DNA of 64,000 nucleotides, from contig OZ244922.1 in assembly GCA_965221905.1 (NCBI GenBank), forward strand, positions 1,376,001 to 1,440,000, written 5' to 3'. How positions within the stretch are numbered: the first letter of the stretch is position 1; each line of letters begins with the position of its first letter. A model generated the notes under the pieces. The model saw only the letters and a list, made by a program, of their open reading frames with translations. It did not search any database and was not told the origin of the DNA. Origin of the DNA: Chloroflexota bacterium. GTDB taxonomy: Bacteria; Chloroflexota; UBA11872; VXOZ01. The position numbers and the translations under genes are program-made. Positions 1 to 8,932 of this stretch are shown piece after piece.

Positions 1-483
1 CAGGTAGCGCCGCGCCTCCTGGGTGCGGGGGTAGCGGTTTACAATCTCCCAAAAGCGCCGATTGTGGCCCGGCTCGACGAGATGGGCCATCTCATGCATT
101 AGGAGGTAGTCTCGCACCCACTCCGGCACCTCAGCGAGATGGTGCGAAAGGCGAATGGTCTTGCGGCGCACGCAGCAACTACCGAACACGGAGTTCTGAT
201 TAGTAACATAAGTAACGGAGGCGATCTCTAGCGTACCGGCGAAATACTGCGTATTGAGTTCAGCAGCGCGATTGAGGAGCGGATCGCCTTGATTAAGTTG
301 CTGCTTGGTCTCGCGCCGTTCAACCCGCTCGCGCACTCTCGCCACGTAGTACGCTTCCTCGGCCTTGTTCAGGCTCGCGGGCACGATTACGCGCAGCTTG
401 CCATGCTTGAACTCGCCGGTGACGGTCTTGCTGCGCTGGGTGCTGCGAACGATTTCGATCGCTTGTGGGTCAATCTTGAACAT
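1..483 (-). CDS. M48/YgjP (DUF45)-like zinc metallopeptidase, 3' end truncated by the window
   Basis: Manual translation from ATG 483: MFKIDPQAIEIVRSTQRSKT...VPEWVRDYLLMHEMAHLVEPGHNRRFWEIV; HExxH plus downstream H..RFW motif. Absent from the ORF track because it runs off the edge. Confidence 0.85.
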   Translation of the reverse strand, partial: MFKIDPQAIEIVRSTQRSKTVTGEFKHGKLRVIVPASLNKAEEAYYVARVRERVERRETKQQLNQGDPLLNRAAELNTQYFAGTLEIASVTYVTNQNSVFGSCCVRRKTIRLSHHLAEVPEWVRDYLLMHEMAHLVEPGHNRRFWEIVNRYPRTQEARRYL

Positions 484-584
484 GTGAGCAAAGACAGAAA
501 AGTAGCGCAGCGCCTGATGATCAATATGCCAATGAGGCCCGGCCTGCACGGTCGGCTTGCAGTGGGCGCGAGCAGAAACAATGC

Positions 585-866
585 CTACGGCAGGGCAGAC
601 CCGGTCTTGGCCTTGATCATATCCGAAAACGTCATCTTGGCGGAGACCATCTCGTCAAGGATGCGCTCAAGTGCCATGCCGTGGCTGCACAGTCCGTAGA
701 TTGTGAAGAAGTCGCAGTCGCAGTGCCACTCGCCGTCCTTGAAAGAGACCTCGTGCTCGTTATTGTCGCCGCGCACGCGTACGGTGAAGGCGGTAAACGA
801 AAACCGGTCCCGCTCTTCCGTATAGCGGTTTGCTTTCTCCACTTTGCCAATCAGACTGGAATACAT
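585..866 (-). CDS. SWIM zinc-finger small protein
   Basis: WHCDCDFFTIYGLCSH fits CxC-x(n)-CxH; G-rich RBS before ATG. Confidence 0.8.
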   Translation of the reverse strand: MYSSLIGKVEKANRYTEERDRFSFTAFTVRVRGDNNEHEVSFKDGEWHCDCDFFTIYGLCSHGMALERILDEMVSAKMTFSDMIKAKTGSALP

Positions 867-1023
867 TTAAGCCCCCCTTGTTGAATTGCTTAGACGAGCG
901 CAAAAGCGCGTCTCTCGAAAAAGGCACCACCGAGGGTCGACAAACATGCTGTACGTGAGCAGTGCGCATGGCCACCGAAGCGAGGTTTTCACAGGAAGTT
1001 GTAGTGCGTGCACAGAATGATGC

Positions 1024-1063
1024 CCTCAAATCTCAGTATACTTTGAGGTACGCCCAGGGTCAA
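1024..1063 (-). promoter_or_regulatory. sigma70-type promoter for the SWIM gene, with a palindrome around the -10 box
   Basis: Minus strand TTGACC(1063-1058)-17 nt-TATACT(1040-1035); CCTCAAA-N11-TTTGAGG at 1024-1048. Confidence 0.55.
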
Positions 1064-1068
1064 CGGTA

Positions 1069-1097
1069 TTGTGAACGCAAGTGTATCAAGCTAGAAT
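1069..1097 (+). promoter_or_regulatory. sigma70-type promoter for the HNH gene
   Basis: TTGTGA-17 nt-TAGAAT. Confidence 0.45.
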
Positions 1098-1221
1098 ACA
1101 GGCAAGAGTTGGTATATGAGTTTGTTCGGTTGGCAGGAGGCGCGATTTCCGCAGCATTACTGACAACACGCTGAACGTCGACAAGACTAATGCCAACTCC
1201 TTCTGGTAGGCGTGGTCACCG

Positions 1222-1752
1222 ATGAACAGCATCAACAGGCGTGTTCTTGTTTTGAACCTCGACTATCGGCCCCTGAATATCTGTAACGTGCGGCGGGCAT
1301 TTATTCTATTGCTCAACGGCAAGGCGGAGATCATCGAGCAATATGCGGATGATCTCGTGTCGGCCGAAGCTCGCTACATACGACCTTCGGTAATCAAACT
1401 GCACTACCTGGTCAAGCGGCCGCCTATAGGGCCGCGCCTGGTGCGCCAAGAGGTCTTCCGTCGGGACAGTCACACGTGCCAATACTGCGGCGTGCAGACC
1501 CGCGAGTTGACGATTGATCACGTCATGCCGCGTCACCGCGGTGGCGGCCACACGTGGGAAAACCTGGTTTCCGCCTGCAAGGACTGCAACCACCGCAAAG
1601 GCGGCCGTACTGCAGAAGAAGCGCGCATGCGACTGCTTGCGAGTCCTGGCAAGCCGCGGCTGAAGGGCTATCTGGCACACTTGCGGTATGTGCCCTCTCC
1701 GCCGCACGAGACCTGGGTGCCGTTCCTCTATCCAGCCGGCGCGCCTACATAG
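1222..1752 (+). CDS. HNH endonuclease (McrA-like, zinc-binding)
   Basis: VLVLNxxYxPL N-terminus; RD-x3-CQYCG, TIDHVMPR..GG..WENLVSACKDCNHRKG. Confidence 0.92.
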   Translation: MNSINRRVLVLNLDYRPLNICNVRRAFILLLNGKAEIIEQYADDLVSAEARYIRPSVIKLHYLVKRPPIGPRLVRQEVFRRDSHTCQYCGVQTRELTIDHVMPRHRGGGHTWENLVSACKDCNHRKGGRTAEEARMRLLASPGKPRLKGYLAHLRYVPSPPHETWVPFLYPAGAPT

Positions 1753-1934
1753 CTCGCTCGGTACGCGGGCCTACCATTCATCACGTGCGCATCTCAGAGG
1801 ACCTCCGGCGAGCAAAGTCTGAGCATTCTCGTCTGACTGTATGGTCGCCGCGCATATTTGGGGTCGAGAGGTGGCAGTCAGTATGCTCGTGCCACACTTG
1901 TGGCTTCCCGATAGTCGGCATGTGCCAAGGGCGA

Positions 1935-2237
1935 CTAGTCCCGCTTGCTGCTCAGTGGGATCATACGCAATGAGAGATAGAGGACACTGAGCGCGTACAC
2001 CAGTCCTCCCAGGCACGCGACAAGCAGAAGGTCTTGCCCAAACACAAAGGATGTGGAAAAGACTATTGAGCCTGCTTCGCGTGTGTATTCCACGAGAGTG
2101 ACAGGACCTATATGGACGGAAAACGACCCCCATTTGGCAGCTATTGCAATTAGGGAAATAAGCAGCGAGGTGGTGCTGGTCACCACGACTACAAAAAGCC
2201 CGCCTTTAATCCAATCAGCCATGAAACGCTTCAGCAA
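1935..2237 (-). CDS. small membrane protein (paralog of 2285-2581)
   Basis: Two hydrophobic segments; IAIAAKWGSFS motif shared with its neighbour; GGAGGAG RBS. Confidence 0.7.
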   Translation of the reverse strand: MLKRFMADWIKGGLFVVVVTSTTSLLISLIAIAAKWGSFSVHIGPVTLVEYTREAGSIVFSTSFVFGQDLLLVACLGGLVYALSVLYLSLRMIPLSSKRD

Positions 2238-2284
2238 TTTCCACTTCTCCTCCCGTTGCCAAGAGCTTTGAAAGATGCCTATTG

Positions 2285-2581
2285 CTACGCAAAGAGCAGT
2301 GTGGCAAGGCCGTTCGCCAGTCCCACCGCGATGGCGAGGTAAAGGAGTTCACCGCGGAACGCAACGGCGAAGATTGTGGAGCCACTCCTGCCTGAGTACT
2401 CAAAGAACCGCAGCGGTCCTACACCAATGGAAAACGAGCCCCACTTAGCTGCAATCGCTATCATCCCTAGGAGCGACGCTACGCCAAATCCGATGGCGAA
2501 GGCAAAGATTGCGCCGACATACCAAGCTGTTGCGAGCGTTTGGATCATAGCCGATACTTCTCCGGCCACGTAACCAATCAC
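2285..2581 (-). CDS. small membrane protein (paralog of 1935-2237)
   Basis: IAIAAKWGSFSIGVGP motif, hydrophobic, GGAGA RBS. Confidence 0.7.
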   Translation of the reverse strand: MIGYVAGEVSAMIQTLATAWYVGAIFAFAIGFGVASLLGMIAIAAKWGSFSIGVGPLRFFEYSGRSGSTIFAVAFRGELLYLAIAVGLANGLATLLFA

Positions 2582-2597
2582 GAGCTATTCTCCGTCA

Positions 2598-2626
2598 ATG
2601 TTATGTTTGTTTGTATTGGCTGTCAA
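2598..2626 (-). promoter_or_regulatory. sigma70-type promoter for the small membrane protein pair
   Basis: Minus strand TTGACA-17 nt-TAACAT. Confidence 0.55.
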
Positions 2627-2833
2627 GTAGTGCCAGCCGAACTATGAAGAATAGAACGCCGCATTCAAATCGACCGGAGTCTGCGGTATTCACTACTTGC
2701 GATATGGTCAGGCTCCACTTGTAAGTTTGTACCGCTTGGTGTTTTGCTTTTGGACTGATGAGACACTTCAGCCAATCGCAATTCTTGATAAACGCCCTTC
2801 CCACAATATGGACTGGTAAGCTCTTCAAGAGTG

Positions 2834-2998
2834 CTTCGACAGGCTCAGCACGAACGGTTCGGCGGACTCAACACGGGCGATGTGGCAAGCGCAGCGCGAA
2901 GGTTCAGGCAGGCTCAGCACGAACGGTTCGGCGGACTCAACACGGGCGTTGTGGCAAGCGCAGCGCAAGGGTTCAGGCAGGCTCAGCACGAACGGTTC
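2834..2998. repeat. 69-bp tandem repeat (~2.3 copies) built on a REP-like motif
   Basis: AGGCTCAGCACGAACGGTTC at 2841, 2910 and 2979 with near-identical intervening sequence. Confidence 0.9.
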
Positions 2999-3177
2999 TA
3001 GGCGCACGATGCGACCGGACCAAAGATAGTCCGTTTGGAGGCTCATTTCAGTTCGTCCTGCGCGTGCCTGTCCTGGGCTTGCGCAAGGTTGAAACATTAA
3101 ACGGTTACTCGTGGCGAATGACCCCATTGGGTGATTCTCAATATTGGACCACAAAATGAGCGGTTAGCCAATGCAAT

Positions 3178-3993
3178 TCATTGCGACGGCTTGCGGCAGC
3201 GGAGGTGGAGGAAGCAGGCGATGACGCGGGTGGCAGCGAGGCTGGGGTAGATGGCGATGGAGTCATCACCGGCAAAGGGCTCGGCGGTTTCCTCAATAGA
3301 AAGACCTGCCGCGCACAGCATGTTCAGCCACGTGCTGAGGGTGTGGAAGAAGCGCGGGATACGGAATTTCGCAAAGCGCTCCTTTAGTTCGTCAGGCGCG
3401 GAGCCGAAAATCCACTCTTCGATAGTCCCTTGCTCTGGGCTAAAGTAATCGCCGCATTCCATCGCGACCCGCTGCCCCGTCTCATCGAGCACCCACTTGA
3501 AACGCGGCGTCATGAAACAGGGGTGGAGAATCGAGAACTGAAAAAAGCCGCCGGGCTTGAGCACCCGCGCTACCTCGCGGATGGCGTGGTCCTGTTCCGG
3601 TACGTCCATCATGCTCATGGTCGCCATGACGAAGTCGAAACTGGCGTCGGTAAGCGGTATCTCCACAGCGCTGGCGCGGAGATAGGTAATGCCGAGCGGC
3701 TCCAGGGCCTCCTGCTCTTGGGCATAACGGATGAAGCGACCGGCAATGTCGAGTGCGGCCAGCCGCGCACCCCTTTGGGCGACGATGCGGGTATTGTGAC
3801 CTTCACCGCAACCCACGTCGAGGCCCCGCAGTCCGGTCACATCGGGAAGAATACCCATGAAAGCCGGGGTGTTGATGTGGTCGCGGTACTTGTCATAACC
3901 GAGGCGAGTGAGCGTGGTCCAAGCCTCGGCGTTTGCGTTCCAGAGTTCGCCGACCGCGCTGTGGTCCAGGGCATTCTCGTTCTCCAACGTCAT
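3178..3993 (-). CDS. class I SAM-dependent methyltransferase
   Basis: LDVGCGEG motif I; SFDFV; RVLKPGG. Confidence 0.92.
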   Translation of the reverse strand: MTLENENALDHSAVGELWNANAEAWTTLTRLGYDKYRDHINTPAFMGILPDVTGLRGLDVGCGEGHNTRIVAQRGARLAALDIAGRFIRYAQEQEALEPLGITYLRASAVEIPLTDASFDFVMATMSMMDVPEQDHAIREVARVLKPGGFFQFSILHPCFMTPRFKWVLDETGQRVAMECGDYFSPEQGTIEEWIFGSAPDELKERFAKFRIPRFFHTLSTWLNMLCAAGLSIEETAEPFAGDDSIAIYPSLAATRVIACFLHLRCRKPSQ

Positions 3994-4323
3994 GCGTCTT
4001 CCTTCCGTCGCATCTCTATACGCTCTACACGAAATCGGCGCCGTTCCCGGATGCTATTTCATTACTCTCCGTCACTTCGGTGGAAGCCAATTCTATGACG
4101 CGAGACGAAGATGGATTCTTGCGAAAGCCGGATTTACGGTAATGAGGGGTTCTTCGCAGGAATGACCGCGCCGGTGCGGTCTAACTGCACTAGCCAGTGC
4201 CGAACTCTCTTAGACCGGTTTTAAGGCGTGCTATGTCCTATGAGGCGGCGCCTTGGTCGGGATACGGCTGCGCGCGTCATACGAGCATAGCATAGGCGGC
4301 GCACGGGGGTGTTGGGATGCGGT

Positions 4324-5895
4324 CTACGACTGTGCGCCGCGCAACGCGCCCCATAAACGCGCGAGATCTTCGCGCGGCAGAGCGCCAAGCACAAGAATCA
4401 GGCCGAGATAGACGAATCCCGCGAGTGCCATGCTCGGCAAAGCGGGAAGACCGCGCGTCAGCAGGGCGACGGCCAGCATGCCCCCGCCGGCAAGCAGCGG
4501 ACGCCACCCGGCGCTAACAATGGGCAGCGAAATGCGCTGGCGGCGCGCGACAACGATAAGTGGGACTAGCAGCACAATCTCGGAGAGCACCGTCGTTGCT
4601 GCTGCGGCCGCGTACCCGTAACGCGGGACGAAGATGATGTTGGTAATCAAGTTAAAGGCAGTGGCCAGCGCAAAGGCGATGGCGATCCACTTCTGCTGGT
4701 CAAGGGCAATCAAGACGTACTGGGTAATGGCATTGACATAACTAATCGGTAGAAACCAGATTAGAATCGCGAGTGCGATGCCGGCGTGGGGTAAGAACTT
4801 GCTACCTCCTAGAATCCAAATGAAAGAGTTGGCGTAGACGCTAAAGCAAACGGCACTACCTACAGCAATAACGAGCAAAAGTTGTAAAGCCTTGTTAAGA
4901 ATGCCCTGCAGAGCAGCGCGGTCTGAGGCAGCAACGCGCGAAAGGGCCGGAAAGAGCGCGAGCACCAGCGCCGAAGGCAGCAAGACGAAGGCTTCGATGT
5001 ACTTGTAGGCGGCGCCGTAGGCCCCGACCTCTGAGATGTCGCGCATCACATGCAACACTTGTATGTCAATGCGGAAGAAGAGGACATTTAGCAGCGCATT
5101 GAGCATGAGCGGAAACGACGCCAGCATGAGCGTGCGTGCTAACTTCCCATCCCACGGCGCGGCGGCCTTGGTTTCGCGAGGCAGCGCACGGAACAGTGCG
5201 ATAGCAGTGACGATATTGGCAAAAAGTGCCGTGGTGGCTAGTCCCACGTAGCCCCAACCGAACGCAATTGCCAATGTGCCCAGGCCTACCGTGAGGAGCG
5301 CCGTCGCGATCTGCACGAGCGCCGTAAAGTCCATGCGCTCACGAGCGGCAAAGAGCGAGTGCGCAGTAATTGCGGCGTTTGACGGTATGAGCGCCGCCGC
5401 CAACAGACCCGCCGCCAGGATGGTGTTCGCCTGCACTTTATCGGCATTCCAGTAACCCAGCATTATGAGGAGCACGACGGGAATGGCGGCGAGTGAGAGC
5501 AGGAGGCGGACCCGCTGTACGATCGCGACGTACGCCGAGGCAGCGTCGGGACGGCGACTTACGTCCCTTATGAGGAGTACACCCAGTCCGAAGTCAGTGA
5601 GCGGGCCAAAGAACCCAATTACATTGACGGCAACGGCATAGTAGCCGAAGTCTTGCAGACTAATTACGCGGAGATAGTAGGCGGCAAATGCCCACATGAG
5701 GCCGCGCGCAACGACCACCGCCATTAGGGGTACGAGCGCGTTGCGGGCGATGCGCCGCAGGAACGTGGGGCCGGAGTGTACTGCCACTTCTGCCAAGACC
5801 GTTCGTCCGGCGAGCCACCAAAACATGAGCAGGGCGAGCAAGGACAGCGTCGCCCCGATGCTCGGGAAGATGAAGGATTGAACCTGTTCGGTCAT
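4324..5895 (-). CDS. MOP-superfamily oligosaccharide flippase (Wzx-like)
   Basis: About 14-15 TM segments; TDFGL..LLIRDVSR, VGAYGAAYK, NIIFVPRYGYAAAA motifs. Confidence 0.88.
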   Translation of the reverse strand: MTEQVQSFIFPSIGATLSLLALLMFWWLAGRTVLAEVAVHSGPTFLRRIARNALVPLMAVVVARGLMWAFAAYYLRVISLQDFGYYAVAVNVIGFFGPLTDFGLGVLLIRDVSRRPDAASAYVAIVQRVRLLLSLAAIPVVLLIMLGYWNADKVQANTILAAGLLAAALIPSNAAITAHSLFAARERMDFTALVQIATALLTVGLGTLAIAFGWGYVGLATTALFANIVTAIALFRALPRETKAAAPWDGKLARTLMLASFPLMLNALLNVLFFRIDIQVLHVMRDISEVGAYGAAYKYIEAFVLLPSALVLALFPALSRVAASDRAALQGILNKALQLLLVIAVGSAVCFSVYANSFIWILGGSKFLPHAGIALAILIWFLPISYVNAITQYVLIALDQQKWIAIAFALATAFNLITNIIFVPRYGYAAAAATTVLSEIVLLVPLIVVARRQRISLPIVSAGWRPLLAGGGMLAVALLTRGLPALPSMALAGFVYLGLILVLGALPREDLARLWGALRGAQS

Positions 5896-6097
5896 GAATT
5901 GAGCAGCGACAATCTCCCACGGTTGGAGTGGAAGGCTGCGCGAATGCGCAGCTACTCTAGATTCAATATACAGCAGCCGCGTCGAGTATGGGGATCATCC
6001 CTACGCGGGGGGAACAGTACGACGCTCTCTGTACACTGCTGCAGCGGGCAGCAGCCGTCTGGATAGGAAAGGAATGTGGCGCCCTTGCGAATTGGAC

Positions 6098-6454
6098 TCA
6101 GCCCACTTGCGGCAGCCCTTCCTCGACCGCATAGCCGTCTTTGAGCCAGCCCACGATGCCAGGTCCCAGGTTGAAGAGATCTTCCAGGCCCATGGCAGCG
6201 GCGATCTCGCAGGCCACCTGGCTGCTCTGGCCGACTTCGCAGACGAATATGATCTTGTCGTCGGCGAGGAACTCCCACGGTTTCTGCAAAAGTACAGGCA
6301 ACGGCGCCAAAACGGAATCTGGAATGTGCGCCTTTGCGAATTGATTGGGCATACGCACGTCAATCACCTGGTATTCACCACTGTCGATCATCTGCTTTGC
6401 TTCCGCACTGTCCACCGTGCCAAAAGGAATTTCGGAATCTGCTTGCTGCGCCAT
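6098..6454 (-). CDS. rhodanese-like domain protein
   Basis: VIDVR..QF..AHIP; active-site VCEVGQSS; GIVGW. Confidence 0.88.
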   Translation of the reverse strand: MAQQADSEIPFGTVDSAEAKQMIDSGEYQVIDVRMPNQFAKAHIPDSVLAPLPVLLQKPWEFLADDKIIFVCEVGQSSQVACEIAAAMGLEDLFNLGPGIVGWLKDGYAVEEGLPQVG

Positions 6455-6511
6455 AGAGAGCCTCCGGTAAGTGTAACGCTACCGTATCCATTCTATACAA
6501 ACCGGCGTGGT

Positions 6512-6571
6512 TTGACACCGGTTCAGCACTATGTTACTTAGTTAATATATTATCTAAGTAAAGTTACTTAG
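6512..6571 (+). promoter_or_regulatory. promoter/operator of the ABC-oxidoreductase operon with three TTACTTAG half-sites
   Basis: TTGACA at 6512; TTACTTAG 6534-41, CTAAGTAA 6554-61, TTACTTAG 6564-71 in an AT-rich island. Confidence 0.6.
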
Positions 6572-6623
6572 TAAAGATTACGTGTTCGGCATGCAGTGTC
6601 GGTTTATGCAGAGAGGATGGGCT

Positions 6624-7445
6624 TTGGCGGTGGCAAAGGTAACGACACAGATCACTGGCGATGCTTCCTCTACGCAGGCAAAGATTGTGCTGGACGGCGC
6701 CACGAAGGTCTTTTCCTCGCGGAACGGCGCTACGGTGGCGTTTCAGGACGTGAACCTATCTGTGGATGAGGGAGAGTTATTGTGCGTCCTGGGGCCGAGC
6801 GGGTGTGGAAAGTCCACCCTACTAAATGTCGTAGCGGGTCTTGATCGCCTCTCGCACGGTTTTGTGACCGTGGCCGGTGAGCCGGTAGAGGGCCCGCACT
6901 ACACACGCGGCATGGTCTTCCAGGACTATGCGCTCTTTCCCTGGCTCACCGTTGAGGGAAATATCCGTTTCGGCCTTGACGCACGGCGGTACAAGGGCGA
7001 TAGAAGGGGGATTGTTGCGGACCTCGTGGCGCTCACCCGACTGCGGGGATTTGAGCGGGCCCGACCGTCGCAGCTCTCCGGCGGTATGGCGCAGCGGGTA
7101 GCGTTGGCGCGCGCACTTGCAAACCAGGTGGAAATCTTGCTGATGGACGAGCCCTTCGGCGCTCTGGATGCCTTTACGCGGATGGAAATGCAAGAGGAAA
7201 TCGTACGGATTGTGAAAGCCCAGGGGGTGACCACAGTCTTTGTAACGCACGATATCGATGAGGCGCTTTACGTTGGCGACCGAGTGGCGATCATGTCCGC
7301 GCATCCTGGCGAATTGCGGCGGGTCATCGAGGTGCCGATAGCTCATCCGCGGGATCGCGTTGATCCGCAACTGGTTCGTCTGCGGGAAGAGGTCTTCACC
7401 GAGTTCAATCTCGCGCACAGCCGCGAGCAGTACTATCACATATAG
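6624..7445 (+). CDS. ABC transporter ATP-binding protein (SsuB/TauB/NrtD family)
   Basis: GPSGCGKS, LSGGMAQR, LLMDEPFGALD; start uncertain (6582, 6624 or 6630). Confidence 0.93.
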   Translation: MAVAKVTTQITGDASSTQAKIVLDGATKVFSSRNGATVAFQDVNLSVDEGELLCVLGPSGCGKSTLLNVVAGLDRLSHGFVTVAGEPVEGPHYTRGMVFQDYALFPWLTVEGNIRFGLDARRYKGDRRGIVADLVALTRLRGFERARPSQLSGGMAQRVALARALANQVEILLMDEPFGALDAFTRMEMQEEIVRIVKAQGVTTVFVTHDIDEALYVGDRVAIMSAHPGELRRVIEVPIAHPRDRVDPQLVRLREEVFTEFNLAHSREQYYHI

Positions 7446-7693
7446 GGAGTTCTCAATATGCCGTACATACCACAGCCGTCCCGCAAGCTCTATCAGGGTG
7501 TCGTGCAGGAGCTTTGTCAGGCTGCTGCTGGTATGGGCTGTCTTTTGGCGGCCCCATTCACGGGAAGCCGCTTGATTCATGATCGCCTAACGAAGTAGAA
7601 ACCCGCGGCGTTGCTTTGGGAAGCAAAACAAGCCAGATGCCGCACTGTATTGTTGACCGCAAGAATGCCTAAACTCATACGAGGAGAAACAGA

Positions 7694-8932
7694 ATGTCCA
7701 AGAAAATTACGCGTGGGCAATTCCTTGGTGCACTTGGCGTAGCGGCGCTGGGCGCCACTGCCAGCCCGCTTCTTGCCGCCTGCGGCGGTGACGACGATGT
7801 GGAGAATACTGGAGGACCGGTTAGCCCGTCCAAGGTGTCGGACATTCCCGTGAAGGTCGGCTACTTGCCGATTACGGACTCTACGCCGCTCACGCTCGGG
7901 TATGCCGGCGGTTACTTTGCTGACGAGGGCTTGAATGCCGAAAAGCCTGCGCTCTTTCGCGGCTGGTCGCAACTTGCTGAAGCCTTCATGGCGGACCAGG
8001 TCAACGTGGCCCATTTTCTGATGCCGATGACCGTGTGGATGCGCTACGGCATAGGGTTTCCTGTAAAAGTGGTGGCCTGGGACCACATTAACGGGTCGGC
8101 GTTGACTGTGCATCAAGAGGGTGGCATAAATGGCATCAAGGACCTGGGCGGCAAGCAGATTGCGGTGCCTTTCTGGTACTCGATCCATAACGTGGTCCTG
8201 CAGATGGCATTGCGCCACCACAATCTGGAAGCCGTGATCCAAGACCGCAACCGCGAGTTGGCCGGCAATCAAGTGAATCTCTTTGTAATGGCTCCGCCGG
8301 ACATGCCGACCGCACTGGGCAATCGTTCCATAGACGGCTACATCGTCGCCGAGCCGTTCAATGCCGCCGGAGAGTTGTTGGCGAATGGGAAGATAGTTCG
8401 ATTCACTGGCGACATTTGGAAGGATCACGCCTGCTGCGTCGCGGTGCTGAACGAAAAGTACATCAATGAGAATCCGGAATGGGCCCAGCGCGTGCTAAAC
8501 GGTATTGCGAAAGCACAACTCGGCGCGCTGAAAGACATTCCCGGCACGGCGTTGCTCCTTTCGAAGGACGGCAGCGGGCTCCTACCGCAGGGCGCTCCCG
8601 TGATCGAGCGCGCCATGGGCAAGTATGATTTGGAGACCTATGGGGCCCAGGGCACCAACGCCATTCATCATCCGGAGTGGGGCGCATCTCGGATTGGTTT
8701 CCAACCCTGGCCGTATCCGTCCTACACGATCGAGCTAGTTAATCAGATCAAACAGACGAAGGTCGAAGGCGACACCAGTTTCTTGGGTGATCTTTCGGGC
8801 GATCACGCTGCCGAAGATTTGGTAGAGTATACGTTGGTCAGAGAAGCGTATAACGCAGCCGGTGGACCGGGTGCATTTAATATCGCGGAAGATGAAGCCT
8901 TCGAGCGCAAGGAGATCATCGGCATTGAGTAA
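7694..8932 (+). CDS. ABC substrate-binding lipoprotein (CmpA/NrtA-like) with Tat-like signal
   Basis: ITRGQFL...LLAACG; GYLPITD, AVPFWYSIHN, AEPFN motifs. Confidence 0.88.
   Translation: MSKKITRGQFLGALGVAALGATASPLLAACGGDDDVENTGGPVSPSKVSDIPVKVGYLPITDSTPLTLGYAGGYFADEGLNAEKPALFRGWSQLAEAFMADQVNVAHFLMPMTVWMRYGIGFPVKVVAWDHINGSALTVHQEGGINGIKDLGGKQIAVPFWYSIHNVVLQMALRHHNLEAVIQDRNRELAGNQVNLFVMAPPDMPTALGNRSIDGYIVAEPFNAAGELLANGKIVRFTGDIWKDHACCVAVLNEKYINENPEWAQRVLNGIAKAQLGALKDIPGTALLLSKDGSGLLPQGAPVIERAMGKYDLETYGAQGTNAIHHPEWGASRIGFQPWPYPSYTIELVNQIKQTKVEGDTSFLGDLSGDHAAEDLVEYTLVREAYNAAGGPGAFNIAEDEAFERKEIIGIE

Noticed and set aside
1222-1752. HNH as an IscB/Cas9-like RNA-guided nuclease
   Set aside because: Only 176 aa, with no RuvC motifs or PLMP domain; it matches the common stand-alone HNH family.
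2834-2998. Possible mini CRISPR array
   Set aside because: The intervening sequences are near-identical rather than unique spacers, the motif is a dispersed REP family, and no cas genes are present.
4070-4167. Degenerate GTCAT..GGAATGAC REP doublet
   Set aside because: Too eroded to delimit confidently.
7560-7690. Cobalamin or SAM riboswitch-like fragments (GGGAAG..AAGCCAG)
   Set aside because: The conserved core elements could not be assembled.
6822-8428. Long antisense ORFs (6822-7580, 7577-8428; likewise 41636-42382, 50358-51227, 58042-58908)
   Set aside because: Shadow frames of well-supported genes in GC-rich DNA, with no recognisable motifs.
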